From an uncultured Nitrososphaeraceae archaeon (GTDB lineage: Archaea; Thermoproteota; Nitrososphaeria; Nitrososphaerales; Nitrososphaeraceae): DNA of 64,000 bases. The stretch's first letter is position 1. Each line of letters opens with the position of its first letter. Location: NCBI GenBank assembly GCA_963779615.1, contig CAVZZA010000005.1, positions 815,688-879,687 of the forward strand. Reading direction: 5' to 3'. Below the pieces are notes generated by a model. The model saw only the letters and a list, made by a program, of their open reading frames with translations. It was not told the origin of the DNA and searched no databases. Shown here one piece after another: positions 10,723-21,773 of the stretch. Made by a program: the position numbers and the translations under genes.

Positions 10723-11687
10723 TTAAGCAAGATATGCAAAAATAATTAATAAATTTTCCCTATAAGAATTTTTAATTGGGATGATTCAATTGACAAATGA
10801 ATGTAAAACTACATATTTAATTCAAAATCCTCTTTTTAAAAAAAAGTCATAATTGTTTATACCCAATGCATTTGAACCAGGCAAAAAATAATTAAAGTAT
10901 TGAAGTATGTTCCCTATTTGAAAGCTAGTGTATAATTTGACTGTTATCCTTTACTAATACTTATATACAATATGCCGGTTTCACAATCACCAACAAACAG
11001 TTTGTGCCAGCCAGTTAATCATTTAGCAGGGGTTTCCACCTGGCTTGAACATGCAATAAGAAAACCATAACTTTTTAAATCACCATAAGCCAGGAATAAG
11101 AAATTGACAATATCAATAGCTGGGCAATGAAATAAAGGAATCAAGAAAAAAGGAGGCTATGGACAAAATATTTCGGATTGAAGCTATAAACAGGCCTCGT
11201 GTTTTTAGGCAGTATGGCTTTCACATAACCTCAAATCCCCTAAAAACTCGAAAGGTTTTCCTAACCTTACATTTTCTTAAAAATGTGCACTTCGACATCA
11301 GCAAACACAATAGTCTGGATTAAAAAAGTCAAAAGGAAAGTGAGAAATACAATTTATAAAGTTAACAGGTAACGGTCAGCAATTGTAATGAAATTCATTA
11401 CCAACAATATAACACATTTTAAACATGTGAAGAAAGAATATCATGATATAAGATAGGGTTTTGTTAATAAACAACACGTGACATGAAGCTATTTTTATGA
11501 ATCACATGCGAACTAGATAAGTTCAACGTCAAGTCATGTCATTTTACTCGTCATAACTTGACATTGTTTACAAGCTAAAAACATAACACCGATTAACATG
11601 AGATGCCATGTTGTCTTGTTTATCTGCACGACAATCTATAACTTATTTTTTAAGGCAGAGGGAGTATTTTGTAAATTTAACAAAATA

Positions 11688-12304
11688 CTATGCATTCACT
11701 ATTTCGCAATTTCCTGATATGGTGTCTCCTTGTGATGCACTATAATCAAGTACTGTATCTGTTCCCGCACCGCAATCAAATTGATCTGCCCCTTTCCCAC
11801 CTTGCAAAATGTCATTGTTTTCATCACCAAACAATCTATCATTTCCATCACCACCAGACAAAAAATCCTCGTTTACTCCACCTACCACAACATCATTTCC
11901 GCTGCCCCCATCTATTCTGTCCTTACCAGCGTTTCCTTGAAGTATATCATCACCGGCCTGACCGAATATCGTGTCATCACCATTACTACCGGACACCAGA
12001 TCATCAGAACTTTTTGCATATACTGTAGTGGCTGAACTTGGAGTCAAACCACCAGTACCTACCCTCTAAAACAAAAATAGTGTCAGCATGGTTGGTTCCA
12101 TAAATAACCCCATTTGACGAACAGGTAATAGTATTACTGTTACCTGGACTATCCGGGCAGTTACTCATATCCCCAAAGTTATGGTTATCGGTTTTGATTG
12201 TGGGAAGTTTGCCTTGTACAAAAAGGATCATTGAATCCAAAAAAGGTACTTTTAACAGTTATTAATAACAGGAGTAAGCATCCTACAAGAATAAACCTTT
12301 GCAT
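11688..12304 (-). pseudogene. Second RTX-like calcium-binding protein, frameshifted
   Basis: GxxGxDx(L/I)x repeats and FDCGAG...GNCE in 11688-12047; N-terminal pieces (MQRFILVG..., GVIYGTNHADTIF) in other frames up to the ATG at 12304. Confidence 0.75.
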
Positions 12305-13088
12305 TGATTTTTTTTTATCACCATGTGGGATTCTTGCATTATTCATATGTATATTGACTCCTCTTACTCATTAATGGAAATCGGACAAAACACTCTAGTT
12401 ACAGATGCCATCAAATTAGAATTAAAATTAAAATTATTATTATAACAATAACGTTGTTTATTCATATACATACACTCACTATAAATTCACAACCATATAA
12501 TATAAAGATAATATAACAAGATTCTATCTAAATTATCAATAAGTAGTAAACCTTATTTTCAGATTCATTCGATAACCTCCAAAGACACAATAATTTTTGG
12601 ACATCATCAGCAATTGATAACTGAAAAACATGATTTTATTTTTGTCAATAGCAAACAAAAAGAAAACATTCACGACGGGACAAGCATCCAACAGCACAAC
12701 CTATAGTTAATACGCACATGGAAAACATTCCATCCCAAAGTCAGCAATTTTTACTCAATTACAGGACATGGAATTTTAGTAAACATGCCAAACATATAAT
12801 GACCTTTTCGAAAAAGTGTTCATTTTTGAGTGGCTGGAATGATATAATTCAAAAATGAATGGCATAAGGAGTTGGTATCGGTATTGCACATGTTTAAGGT
12901 AATCACTAAAAACATTCGCCGCCTTTTGCACTAGTTTGGTTTGTAAAGCAACTACTATAATAGGAGTAATAAACAAATGAATGAATCTTTTAGCAGATTC
13001 TAAATTCTTTTATTGCTTTTTTATTGTTGTTGTTGTGATGTAGCCTGTAGTGGTGTTGCTGGTAGAGGCAGATGCGTTAATGTTTGAA

Positions 13089-13658
13089 TTATTTGCATCT
13101 AACTGCTGCTGTCAGTTGTCTTGAGTTTTGCTCAAATGTTTTTGCCGTGTTTACGCCCATGTTTGACAGGTGCTTTGAGTTGTCCTTTGCCTGTTGCATC
13201 ACTGTTTTCCATGAGTCCAGGTTTGAGAATATCATGTTGTTTGTGAGTCTGATTGCTGACACTGTGTTGTCCGCTACATTGCTGACAAACCTTGCGTATG
13301 CCTTGGTTGCTGCGTCAGGGGATGAGAACCTTGTTACTAACCCGTTAAAGCTTTCGCTGTATGGGGCCCATGCTGATTGGAGTGAGCTGATGATCTCCTT
13401 TTGTGAGTCGATGTAATCCTCTGAAACCTCTTTTGCGGTTTGGAGTGATTGCTCCTGGTAGCTGTTCACGATGTTGTTGATTCGTGGAATCTGGTTCTTT
13501 GATTCGTCCAATGATTTTCTGATGTTGTCCTTTGCCTCGTCAAGTGACCTGTTGACTGACTCTTTGAAATCATTGTTATTGTTGTTATTGTTAAAATTGT
13601 TATTTTGGTTATTGGTGTTATATGAGTAACTTTCATTTGTTTCTGTTTTCTTTGACAT
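13089..13658 (-). CDS. Nitrososphaeraceae helical hypothetical protein (phasin/LEA-like)
   Basis: Amphipathic Q/N/S/E-rich helices (VNRSLDEAKDNIRKSLDE...YQEQSLQTAKEVSEDYIDSQKEII); Asn tract; TTTATATA box at 13681-13688 favours a leaderless start at ATG 13658; probable frameshift at the very C-terminus. Confidence 0.7.
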   Translation of the reverse strand: MSKKTETNESYSYNTNNQNNNFNNNNNNNDFKESVNRSLDEAKDNIRKSLDESKNQIPRINNIVNSYQEQSLQTAKEVSEDYIDSQKEIISSLQSAWAPYSESFNGLVTRFSSPDAATKAYARFVSNVADNTVSAIRLTNNMIFSNLDSWKTVMQQAKDNSKHLSNMGVNTAKTFEQNSRQLTAAVRCK

Positions 13659-13809
13659 CACCATCTGTTGGTGGGCATCCTATATAAAGGGTGGTATCAA
13701 ACGGTTTTTAATGCCAATTATTTACAGAAGGGTGGCCAACTGCAGGTGGAGAAACGGCGATGGCAGCATCACCGTAACCTTGACCATGCAAACCAACAGC
13801 ATAATCTGG

Positions 13810-14991
13810 TCATCTACCTTTATCTTTGACTGGCGTAGACGATTTTCGGTATGGGATAACCCAAATTTGCACTACAGCCACAAGCATTACAGTCAAAATA
13901 ACAGTAGCGGGCGTGGAGGTATGTGTTTCAAAAATGAAGTTCAGAATAGGTTTTCCAGGTTGTGTTATACGTAAACGTATGAATTTGTTAGTAATTAGCC
14001 ATTTGAAGAGGGGGAACAATACTTGAACCCTGTTATTTCCCCAGTCTGTTACGTACACATTGCCAGAAGAATCAAGGGCAATACCGGATGGATTATCAAA
14101 CTGCCCATCGCCTGTGCCTTCTGAACCCCACTTGGTGATGAATGTACCGTTGCTGTCAAACTTTTGTATTTGGTTGTTAAACAAATCTGCTACATACACG
14201 TTATCAGAAGAATCCATAGATATGGCTTCCAGACCATAGAACTGCCCATCGCCTGTGCCTTCTGAACCCCAATTGGTGATGAATTTGCCGTTGCTGTCAA
14301 ACTTTTGTATCCGGTTATTATTAGAATCAGCTACATACACATTGCCAGAAGAATCAAGGGCAATACCGGATGGATTCTGAAACTGCCCATCGCCCGTGCC
14401 TTCTGAACCCCACTTGGTGATGAAGTTACCGTTGCTGTCAAACTTTTGTATCCGGTTATTGTAATACTCAACTACATACACATTGCCAGAAGAATCAAGG
14501 GCAATACCGGATGGATTCTGAAACTGCCCATCGCCCGTGCCTTCTGAACCCCACTTGGTGATGAAGGTACCGTTGCTGTCAAACTTTTGAATATTGTCAT
14601 TTTCCCAGTCTCCTGCATACACATTGCCTGAAGAACCTATAGCGATGCCTCTAAGCCCATAGAACTGCCCATCGCCCGTGCCTTCTGAACCCCACTTAGT
14701 GATGAATTTGCCGTTGCTGTCAAACTTTTGTATCCGGTTATTATTAGAATCAGCTACATACACATTGCCAGAAGAATCAAGGGCAATACCTCGAGGTCTC
14801 TCAAACTGCCCATCGCCTGTACCACTAGAACCCCATTTTTTTACAAAATGATAGGTTTGGTCGGAAGATGATAGATTTGTTGGCGTTTGAGCCAGAACTT
14901 TATCTTGGATAAGAACAATAATTGTAAAAGATGCTATTGAAAATAATATTATTATCTTCATTAAAGAAATAGATAAATCCGATCTTTTCAT
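13810..14991 (-). CDS. Secreted NHL-repeat six-bladed beta-propeller protein
   Basis: Signal peptide and six 47-aa repeats KWGSEGTGDGQFxxPxGIALDSSGNVYVADxxNNRIQKFDSNGxFIT; the tail after about 14020 may be a frameshift read-through. Confidence 0.93.
   Translation of the reverse strand: MKRSDLSISLMKIIILFSIASFTIIVLIQDKVLAQTPTNLSSSDQTYHFVKKWGSSGTGDGQFERPRGIALDSSGNVYVADSNNNRIQKFDSNGKFITKWGSEGTGDGQFYGLRGIAIGSSGNVYAGDWENDNIQKFDSNGTFITKWGSEGTGDGQFQNPSGIALDSSGNVYVVEYYNNRIQKFDSNGNFITKWGSEGTGDGQFQNPSGIALDSSGNVYVADSNNNRIQKFDSNGKFITNWGSEGTGDGQFYGLEAISMDSSDNVYVADLFNNQIQKFDSNGTFITKWGSEGTGDGQFDNPSGIALDSSGNVYVTDWGNNRVQVLFPLFKWLITNKFIRLRITQPGKPILNFIFETHTSTPATVILTVMLVAVVQIWVIPYRKSSTPVKDKGR
14020..14850. repeat. 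About six 141-bp tandem repeats encoding the NHL blades
   Basis: Near-identical blocks such as aactgcccatcgcc(c/t)gtgccttctgaacccc and gttgctgtcaaacttttg recur with a 141-bp period. Confidence 0.92.
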
Positions 14992-15840
14992 TCGTATATC
15001 CGTTTTCTTTATATCAGACAGCCTTTTAAATATGAATTAGAATCATTTATTCAACATAGCACATTATTCGGATAAACTAAAACATTAGCAAGATCATGAT
15101 GACGCTTTCTGATTGGCTTTGAATCATAAATTCAGAAGGTGTACCTGGTCGTCAATCCCAACCATGCTGTTGCGCCCAATTCTTAAAAATTATTAAAAAT
15201 TATTCCATCCCTTTATTTTTGCCTAGATTGTGTATTAAATATTTTCCGCATCATATGCTGCATTTATTACAATCTTGTATTTGTCGCTCTTAAAATCGTT
15301 AGGAGCAGTTGTTTTAAATTTACAGGCAATCAAACACTCAAAGCATCTCTCATTTTCAATGGTTTTGATTTTGTCTCTCGCATTTTTTTGTCAATATCTA
15401 TATTCTTTTGATTTTTGTCTACAAGGCATATACACCAATGGACTTGAATTCACTATGTTCGACCTCACCTTGGCATAACTAAAGGAGGAGTATTTACGAT
15501 CTTTTCAATTCCCGTCTTCCAAGTGTTGTTTATGCAAGTGGTCGGGTGAGCTATTGCTTTGTGCCTATAGGCTGTGCCACTGCAATCTGTCCCGTATCAG
15601 GGTATGCAAGTGACTGGCATGTAATTGCTCAGGCTATACTTGAACCGCGCCGGTCGCCTCATCTGACACTTGCGTGCCCACTCCACCGCAGGTGGCATTC
15701 GCGTTATGGATGTGACAGACCCTTTTATACCATCCAACCATAGATTAGGTCTGCCCCCTTGCTTGTAGGCGTCCTCAGTATATGCAGCAAAAGTACCTAA
15801 CATCTTTGCAAACAAAGTCTACCGTCACGATCAGAACACC

Positions 15841-16661
15841 ATGAATAGGCTGGAAGGGAAAGTTGCGGTAATAACAGGCGGAAACAGCGGCATTGGCCTT
15901 GCCACGGCCAAGCGGTTCGTGGAGGAGGGCGTCCATGTTTTCATCACAGGCCACCGCCAAGACGAGATTGATGCAGCAGTCATGCGAATAGGCAAAAGCA
16001 TCACCGGTGTCCATGGGGGACGTTAAACCTTGCGGACCTTGACATGCGGTATGCCACGGTGAAGGAACAGAAGGGCCACATGGACATCCTGTTCGCCAAC
16101 TCCGGCATTGGGGAAGTGGCAACACTGGGGGATATCACTGAAGCCCACTTTGACAAAGTCTTCGGCATCAACGTCAAAGGGCTTTTGTTCACCGTGCAAA
16201 AGGCGCTTCCGCTGTTTCAGGGTGGGGGCAATGGTGGCGGTGGTGGCGGCGGTTCCATCATTTTGAATGCCTCGGTGGCCGCATCCAAGGGGGTCGGAGG
16301 GTTTAGTGCCTACAACGCAACCAAGGCGGCCGTGCGCTCTTTTGCGCGCACCTGGACGGCCGATCTGAAGCAGCGCAGGATACGCGTCAACGCCATCAGT
16401 CCCGGCCCGATAGACACACCATGCTTTGATGGCCTGCTGGAGACTGACGAGCAGAAGGAGCAATTCAGGGAGGGCCTTTTGTCCGCCGTGCCTATGGGGC
16501 GGATGGGAAGTCCTGACGAAATAGCGAAAGCCGCCACATTCCTCGCGTCAGACGACAGCAGTTTCATCACCGGCATTGAGCTGTTCGTCGATGGGCATGG
16601 AGCAGATCTAGGCGACTTGGACCGCGGATATTTGGCCCCGGCTACAGATAATATTCACTAG
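15841..16661 (+). pseudogene. Short-chain dehydrogenase/reductase (SDR), frameshifted
   Basis: [28 protein letters not shown] (YxxxK), IRVNAISPGPIDTP; break at about 16020; locally GC-rich. Confidence 0.88.
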
Positions 16662-18478
16662 CGGTGAAAGTGACACAGGAGCCAATGTCATCTGGATTGA
16701 AACAGACCGTTTTTCAATGGGGTTTGCCGTGCCTAAGTTTTTGCAGCAATAATGCAAATTCGCCACCGCATCGTCGATGTCGTGCACTGCCGAAAGACCA
16801 GTCTAACAATTACAACTATTCCATAGATCCAAACCAGCGGTGGTATGGTATATGCTTTCTCCATGGTGAGTGGGTATGCGCATATCAAAAGCGCAAACAT
16901 GCTGTGTCAGCCCCGGAAAGAGGCTATATGTGGCAACAGAAAACACACCCATCCCATCCTCAAACGAATGGTTTTGGCAAATGCCTGCCCTGTTCTCCTT
17001 ATTGCGTTATATAAGCAATGTCAGCATAGATATACTTAAGGGTAAATCATTAAAGATTGGTGTATAAAAGTACACAACTCCTCCTATACTTATATATAAA
17101 CATTTTGGCAAGGGTTGGATTCTCCTATTTTTAAGTGGGCCGTGTCGCATAGAGGCATCCTATCCCTTTTGAATCCAGCGATGATTATGTGACAACCCCA
17201 AAGCGGGTCATCCTCATCAATGTGCCAAGGTGAAGGGTGTCTGTTCGCGTGGAAGGGAAGGGGGATCGAGTCCATACACGATTGCTTTGGCATCCGAGGC
17301 CCATGCTTCCCCGGTGCCGCATGCCTCGGTCATCCGGAACCCGACCAGGCAGCAGGAAATACCTTCATACACTTGCGTGGGGATGTTATGGTGATGGTTA
17401 TGGTGTACATGAAACACGGATGAGGGAAGTACCATGCGGTTGCAACAAATTGCTGAAGGGAGGGAGCAACGCCCTGCACCATCATGTTTTTCAGTGGCTA
17501 AAGAAGGCCACAAGGCTATTCTGTATGTCTTGTCGACCCGGGGTAACCCATTTTAATATCTTTCTGACGTGTCGATTGGTGGTCTAATAATAAAAGAATT
17601 CCCCTATCAGTTGTATGTTAACCTGATTCTTTGCTTTCTTCTCTATGTGTTTGTGGTGGTTGTTGTTAACTTCAGGCAATAATGTCTCCCCTTCCTTTCC
17701 CTTCAATGGTTATCAGAACTGAAAAATTATTTGAACCCGTATGGATAATGGACCCGAAGGGCTGTGACGATATCGGCCCCATTAAAAGATTTTATTGTAT
17801 CAGATCCTAACGACAATTTAAATATTTTGGATGCAAGTTTTTCATCTGCCATACTTTCTCTTTTCTTTTCTCTTTGCAGATGAGTAAAGAACAAAGGTTA
17901 GTAAATGATCTATTTCTTTTATTAATAAAGCGAGTTCATCGGTACTAATGTAAGACCTTATGCAGGTGTCTTAACTTCTGTGATCCAGTCACACTGAAAA
18001 CCATGTTTTTCCCGATGTTTAACAATTGCCCATTTATTTGGAGCATCAAGTAGACAAGAGAATTTGTCCTCTTCCTTGTTATGCATGATGTTATTATGCA
18101 TAACACCAAATTAATCTTTATGATAATTTTGTGCCTAAAGAACCCTTCATCAAGGCCTTTTAAACTGTGAACATTAAGGAACTGGCATTTTATTTTATCC
18201 CATAGTTTATCATTTTTAAACATTGCAGACCAACCGACCGTACCATATTGGATATTGATAACACGAGCCTCATGATGATTAACACCTACCACAACCACTA
18301 AATCATACTACTATGACCCATAAAAACCAAAAATGGAGCGCGTAATGCAGTAATTCAGTAAACAAAAATATAAATATTTAATATCCATATTGACAAAACT
18401 AAAATATTTTGTGATAATCACCCTTTTCTTAGGATTATAATATAAATACTTGAATATTTATATTAGTTTGTAACTAAC

Positions 18479-19558
18479 ATGACATCAAACACCATTACTC
18501 CAGATAATATCGATCAATCAAAGGTTCAGGAATTCATGATGAAGGCTGTTGGGGACATCGCTAGCAACATGAGTGCGATGACTATCATTTTGGGGGAAAG
18601 ACTTGGCCTTTATAAGGCAATGGCTGACTCAATACCCGTCACATCCGCAGAACTTGCAGCTAAAACAAACACCTATGAAAGATACATCAGGGAATGGCTT
18701 GCGAGCCAGGCCGCTGCAGGCTATGTAAAATACAATCCTTCAGACGGCAAATACACTCTTCCAGCGGAAAATGCATTTGTACTGACAGAGGAGAACAGTC
18801 CAGCATATATTCTAGGCGCATATCAATTATTACGCTCCATATTCAAAGACGAGGAAAAGTTTGTGGAAATGTTTAGGACAGGGAAAGGATTGCTGTGGGG
18901 AGAACATCACCACGACCTTTTTGAAGGGACTGCAAAGTTCTTCAAGTCAGCCTATATTGGCAATCTTGTCCAATCATGGATTCCATCACTGGAGGGGGTG
19001 GAGGAAAAACTTCAACAAGGGGCAAAGGTAGCTGATATAGGGTGTGGTTATGGTGTCCCGACCCTCATAATGGCAAAATCCTATCCAAATTCTAAATTTT
19101 ATGGGTTTGATAATCACAAGGCTTCAATTGAATCAGCCCAACAATCGGCACAAAAGGAAGGATTGGCAGGCAGAGCTGAGTTCAGCGCAGTATCCGCTAA
19201 TGAATCAATAGGCAATGATTATGATTTGGTCTCTTTTTTTGATTGTCTGCATGACATGGGTGACCCAATTGGTGCAATGAAATTTGCCAAACAATCGCTA
19301 AAACAAGATGGCACATGTATGATAGTGGAGCCGATGGCAAATGACAATGTAGAGGATAACCTTAATTTGGTAGGAAGAATATACTACTCAGCTTCATCCA
19401 TGATTTGTGTTCCCAATTCCGTAGCGGATAATGGACCCGCGTTAGGTGCACAAGCTGGTGAAAAAAGGATAAAAGAAATTGCAGAAAAGGCAGGATTCAC
19501 CAAATTCAAAAGAGCTTCCCAAACACCCTTTAACATCGTATATGAGGCAAAGCCATGA
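18479..19558 (+). CDS. Class I SAM-dependent methyltransferase with N-terminal wHTH (Rv2258c-like)
   Basis: GERLGLYKAM...ERYIREWL N-domain; VADIGCGYG motif I; FFDCLHDMGDP; LGAQAGE. Confidence 0.92.
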   Translation: MTSNTITPDNIDQSKVQEFMMKAVGDIASNMSAMTIILGERLGLYKAMADSIPVTSAELAAKTNTYERYIREWLASQAAAGYVKYNPSDGKYTLPAENAFVLTEENSPAYILGAYQLLRSIFKDEEKFVEMFRTGKGLLWGEHHHDLFEGTAKFFKSAYIGNLVQSWIPSLEGVEEKLQQGAKVADIGCGYGVPTLIMAKSYPNSKFYGFDNHKASIESAQQSAQKEGLAGRAEFSAVSANESIGNDYDLVSFFDCLHDMGDPIGAMKFAKQSLKQDGTCMIVEPMANDNVEDNLNLVGRIYYSASSMICVPNSVADNGPALGAQAGEKRIKEIAEKAGFTKFKRASQTPFNIVYEAKP

Positions 19559-19702
19559 ATATGCCAATGGCGTTTGGCTGAAACTCCCTGATTTTATCTG
19601 AACCAACCTAAACCGAAGATATGATTTTTATCATGATACTACGGTGTTAAGTGATGGATTTGAAACCTAAATGGTTTTGGGCAAAATATTTATTATTTTT
19701 TG

Positions 19703-20129
19703 TTATCCACCACCATTCTCCATGGTTTTGTTCTGCGACAGCTACAGCAGGGGCCCTAAAGTCTCTCCAGCATTGGTGCTTATTCTTGCCACAGGCTCAT
19801 TACTCGCGCTATTGCGCTCTCACCATGTTACAGCCACATTATCACCCTCTGCGTCAATCATCGCGACAACCAATTCCGCATTGTGGTGTTGCTTAGGTTT
19901 ATACTTTCGCCAAATGTGGCACCGTTGTCGGTGGAACCCCTAAACATATCTTGTCATTGCCTGTTTTGTTTGACCACCATGCAACGGACGTTTTCACGAG
20001 ATTTCAGTGGAGGCTTCCCTTTGGTCCATATCGACAACGGCTTTTCCTGCCACACATTGTTGTTGCACCAGCGGTCTTGCTGCTCCATGTTATCGCCAAG
20101 ATAATACCCAAAACTAATAATACTTTCAA
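19703..20129 (-). pseudogene. Decayed secreted Asp-box/BNR (sialidase-like) repeat protein
   Basis: Hand-translated minus-strand pieces VAWWSNKTGND, MFRGSTDNGATFGESINLSNTT and EGDNVAVTW*ERNSASNEPVARISTNAGETLGPLL* across several frameshifts. Confidence 0.7.
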
Positions 20130-20195
20130 GGGAAACAGAACACCCTTGATCTACAGGTTTAAGCCAATAGAGATGATTTAACTCGGATTCCTTTC

Positions 20196-21068
20196 TTAAT
20201 TAACGTCCAAAAATGTTAGTATCACTTTACTGAACCTTTCAGGATACTGATACATCCATCCATGTCCTGCTCCCCTTATTTGTACAAGCCATACTAAAGG
20301 AATTTTTTCAACTAGCAGTAATGAAGATTTAGGAGTGGTGATTACATCTTCTGTTCCGACTAAGACCAGGGTGGGTTGAATAATTTGTGAAGGAGAATCG
20401 TAGAAGCCATTCCATTTTATTATTGCTTCTGCTTGTTTTTGTGTGGTTTCAAGAGAAACTGTTCCTTTAAGTAGTGGAAAATAATTGATGTATTCGGGGT
20501 TTTTTTGAAGCCAAGGTTGAGGGAAAAACAATGAAAGAATTTGCCTTCCTTGCTCTTCAGGAGTGCCTGATATATTGTTCAAGGTTTCCATTAATTTAGG
20601 ACCTGAAGGAACAGCCTTGTATCCACCAGGACCTGACCCATACAAGATAAGGTTGTTAACTTTATTTGGATGCAAAAGCGCCAAGTCCTGAGCAACATAG
20701 GAGCCCATTGACCATCCAAAAACATCTGCTTTTTCTATATTGAGTGCATCCAACAAACCTGCAGCATCATTTGAAAGTTGACCAATAGAATATTCCCTGA
20801 CTCCTAAGGAGGAATTTTCAGTGCCTCTATGATTAAAGACTATTACACTGTAATTTAATGAAACAAGTTCTTTAAGTATGATAGGCTCCCACATATCCAT
20901 AGTCACCCTAAAGCCAGGTATGAAAATTATTGGCTTACCACTCTTGTTGCCAAGTGTTTTGTACTCTATTTCTACATCATCAACTTTGGCTTTTTGTGTT
21001 GGAAAGTTGTCTATATACTTGCTTGTTTGAGTTACCTTAGACATACTCAATCCACTAAGTAACACCAT
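20196..21068 (-). CDS. Alpha/beta-fold hydrolase
   Basis: GWSMG nucleophile elbow; VGTEDVIT (catalytic Asp); GAGHG (catalytic His). Confidence 0.92.
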   Translation of the reverse strand: MVLLSGLSMSKVTQTSKYIDNFPTQKAKVDDVEIEYKTLGNKSGKPIIFIPGFRVTMDMWEPIILKELVSLNYSVIVFNHRGTENSSLGVREYSIGQLSNDAAGLLDALNIEKADVFGWSMGSYVAQDLALLHPNKVNNLILYGSGPGGYKAVPSGPKLMETLNNISGTPEEQGRQILSLFFPQPWLQKNPEYINYFPLLKGTVSLETTQKQAEAIIKWNGFYDSPSQIIQPTLVLVGTEDVITTPKSSLLLVEKIPLVWLVQIRGAGHGWMYQYPERFSKVILTFLDVN

Positions 21069-21278
21069 ACCCTTGTCACTATATAAGCATCTAACCGCAT
21101 ATTGGACTAGAACGATAAAACACTCCTATCAAGATTTACTGACTGACAGCAAATATTTTAAATCAGACAAAGTCCTCGTCCTGTAGAATTTGGGCAAGAT
21201 GCCGTCATTGTACGACCCTGTATTTGAATTTTATATTTAACACAGAGTATTGGATAGATAATAGTCAATTATGTCAAA

Positions 21279-21773
21279 AACATATGGCTTGAATGTTGTG
21301 GACATTTAAGTTCCTTTGCAATTGCCGATCAAACTTACGAATCTCAACTCGACAAACTAGCTGATCATGATAGTAAAAACATGAGAATAGAACTAAAAAA
21401 ATTACTTCAAAAGGACATGTCCTTTGGATATGTATATGATTATGGGAGATCTACTGAAATAGAGATCAAAATTGTCTCATCCTGTCTATCCATAACAAAA
21501 AATAATAGCAAGTTTATCAAAATTTCCGCAAGAAATGATGATATTGATTTTAGGTGTTTTAAATGCAAAAAAGAAAGAGCTACGGAGATATGTACTATTT
21601 GTAGTTATGAAAAAGAAGGTGGTAGAACACAATCTTCGTTTTGTAAACCCTTTGCCGTGAAACACGAATGTGGTGAAGAAATGACTTTACCGATTGTTAA
21701 TTCACCCGGTCAGGTATCTGTGGTATACAGGCGAGTTTTGAAACCATATTCAGGGTTTAAATTCAATTTCTAA
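21279..21773 (+). pseudogene. pRiA4b ORF-3-like Cys-rich protein, 5'-truncated
   Basis: IWLECCGHLSSF upstream of the called ATG; YVYDYGRST, ARND, CxxC...CxxC and LPIVNSP motifs. Confidence 0.6.

Noticed and set aside
13810-14000. Hydrophobic C-terminal tail of the NHL protein as a membrane anchor
   Set aside because: A 1-nt shift after RVQV gives a natural end (SPSSNG*), so the tail may be a read-through artefact; unresolved
14020-14850. Regular repeats with variable intervening segments resembling a CRISPR array or DGR
   Set aside because: The period is 141 bp and in frame within an NHL gene; no cas or reverse transcriptase genes are present and the variation is not adenine-specific
17090-18298. 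Several overlapping 60-117 aa ORFs
   Set aside because: No recognisable motifs and mutually overlapping; probably decayed sequence
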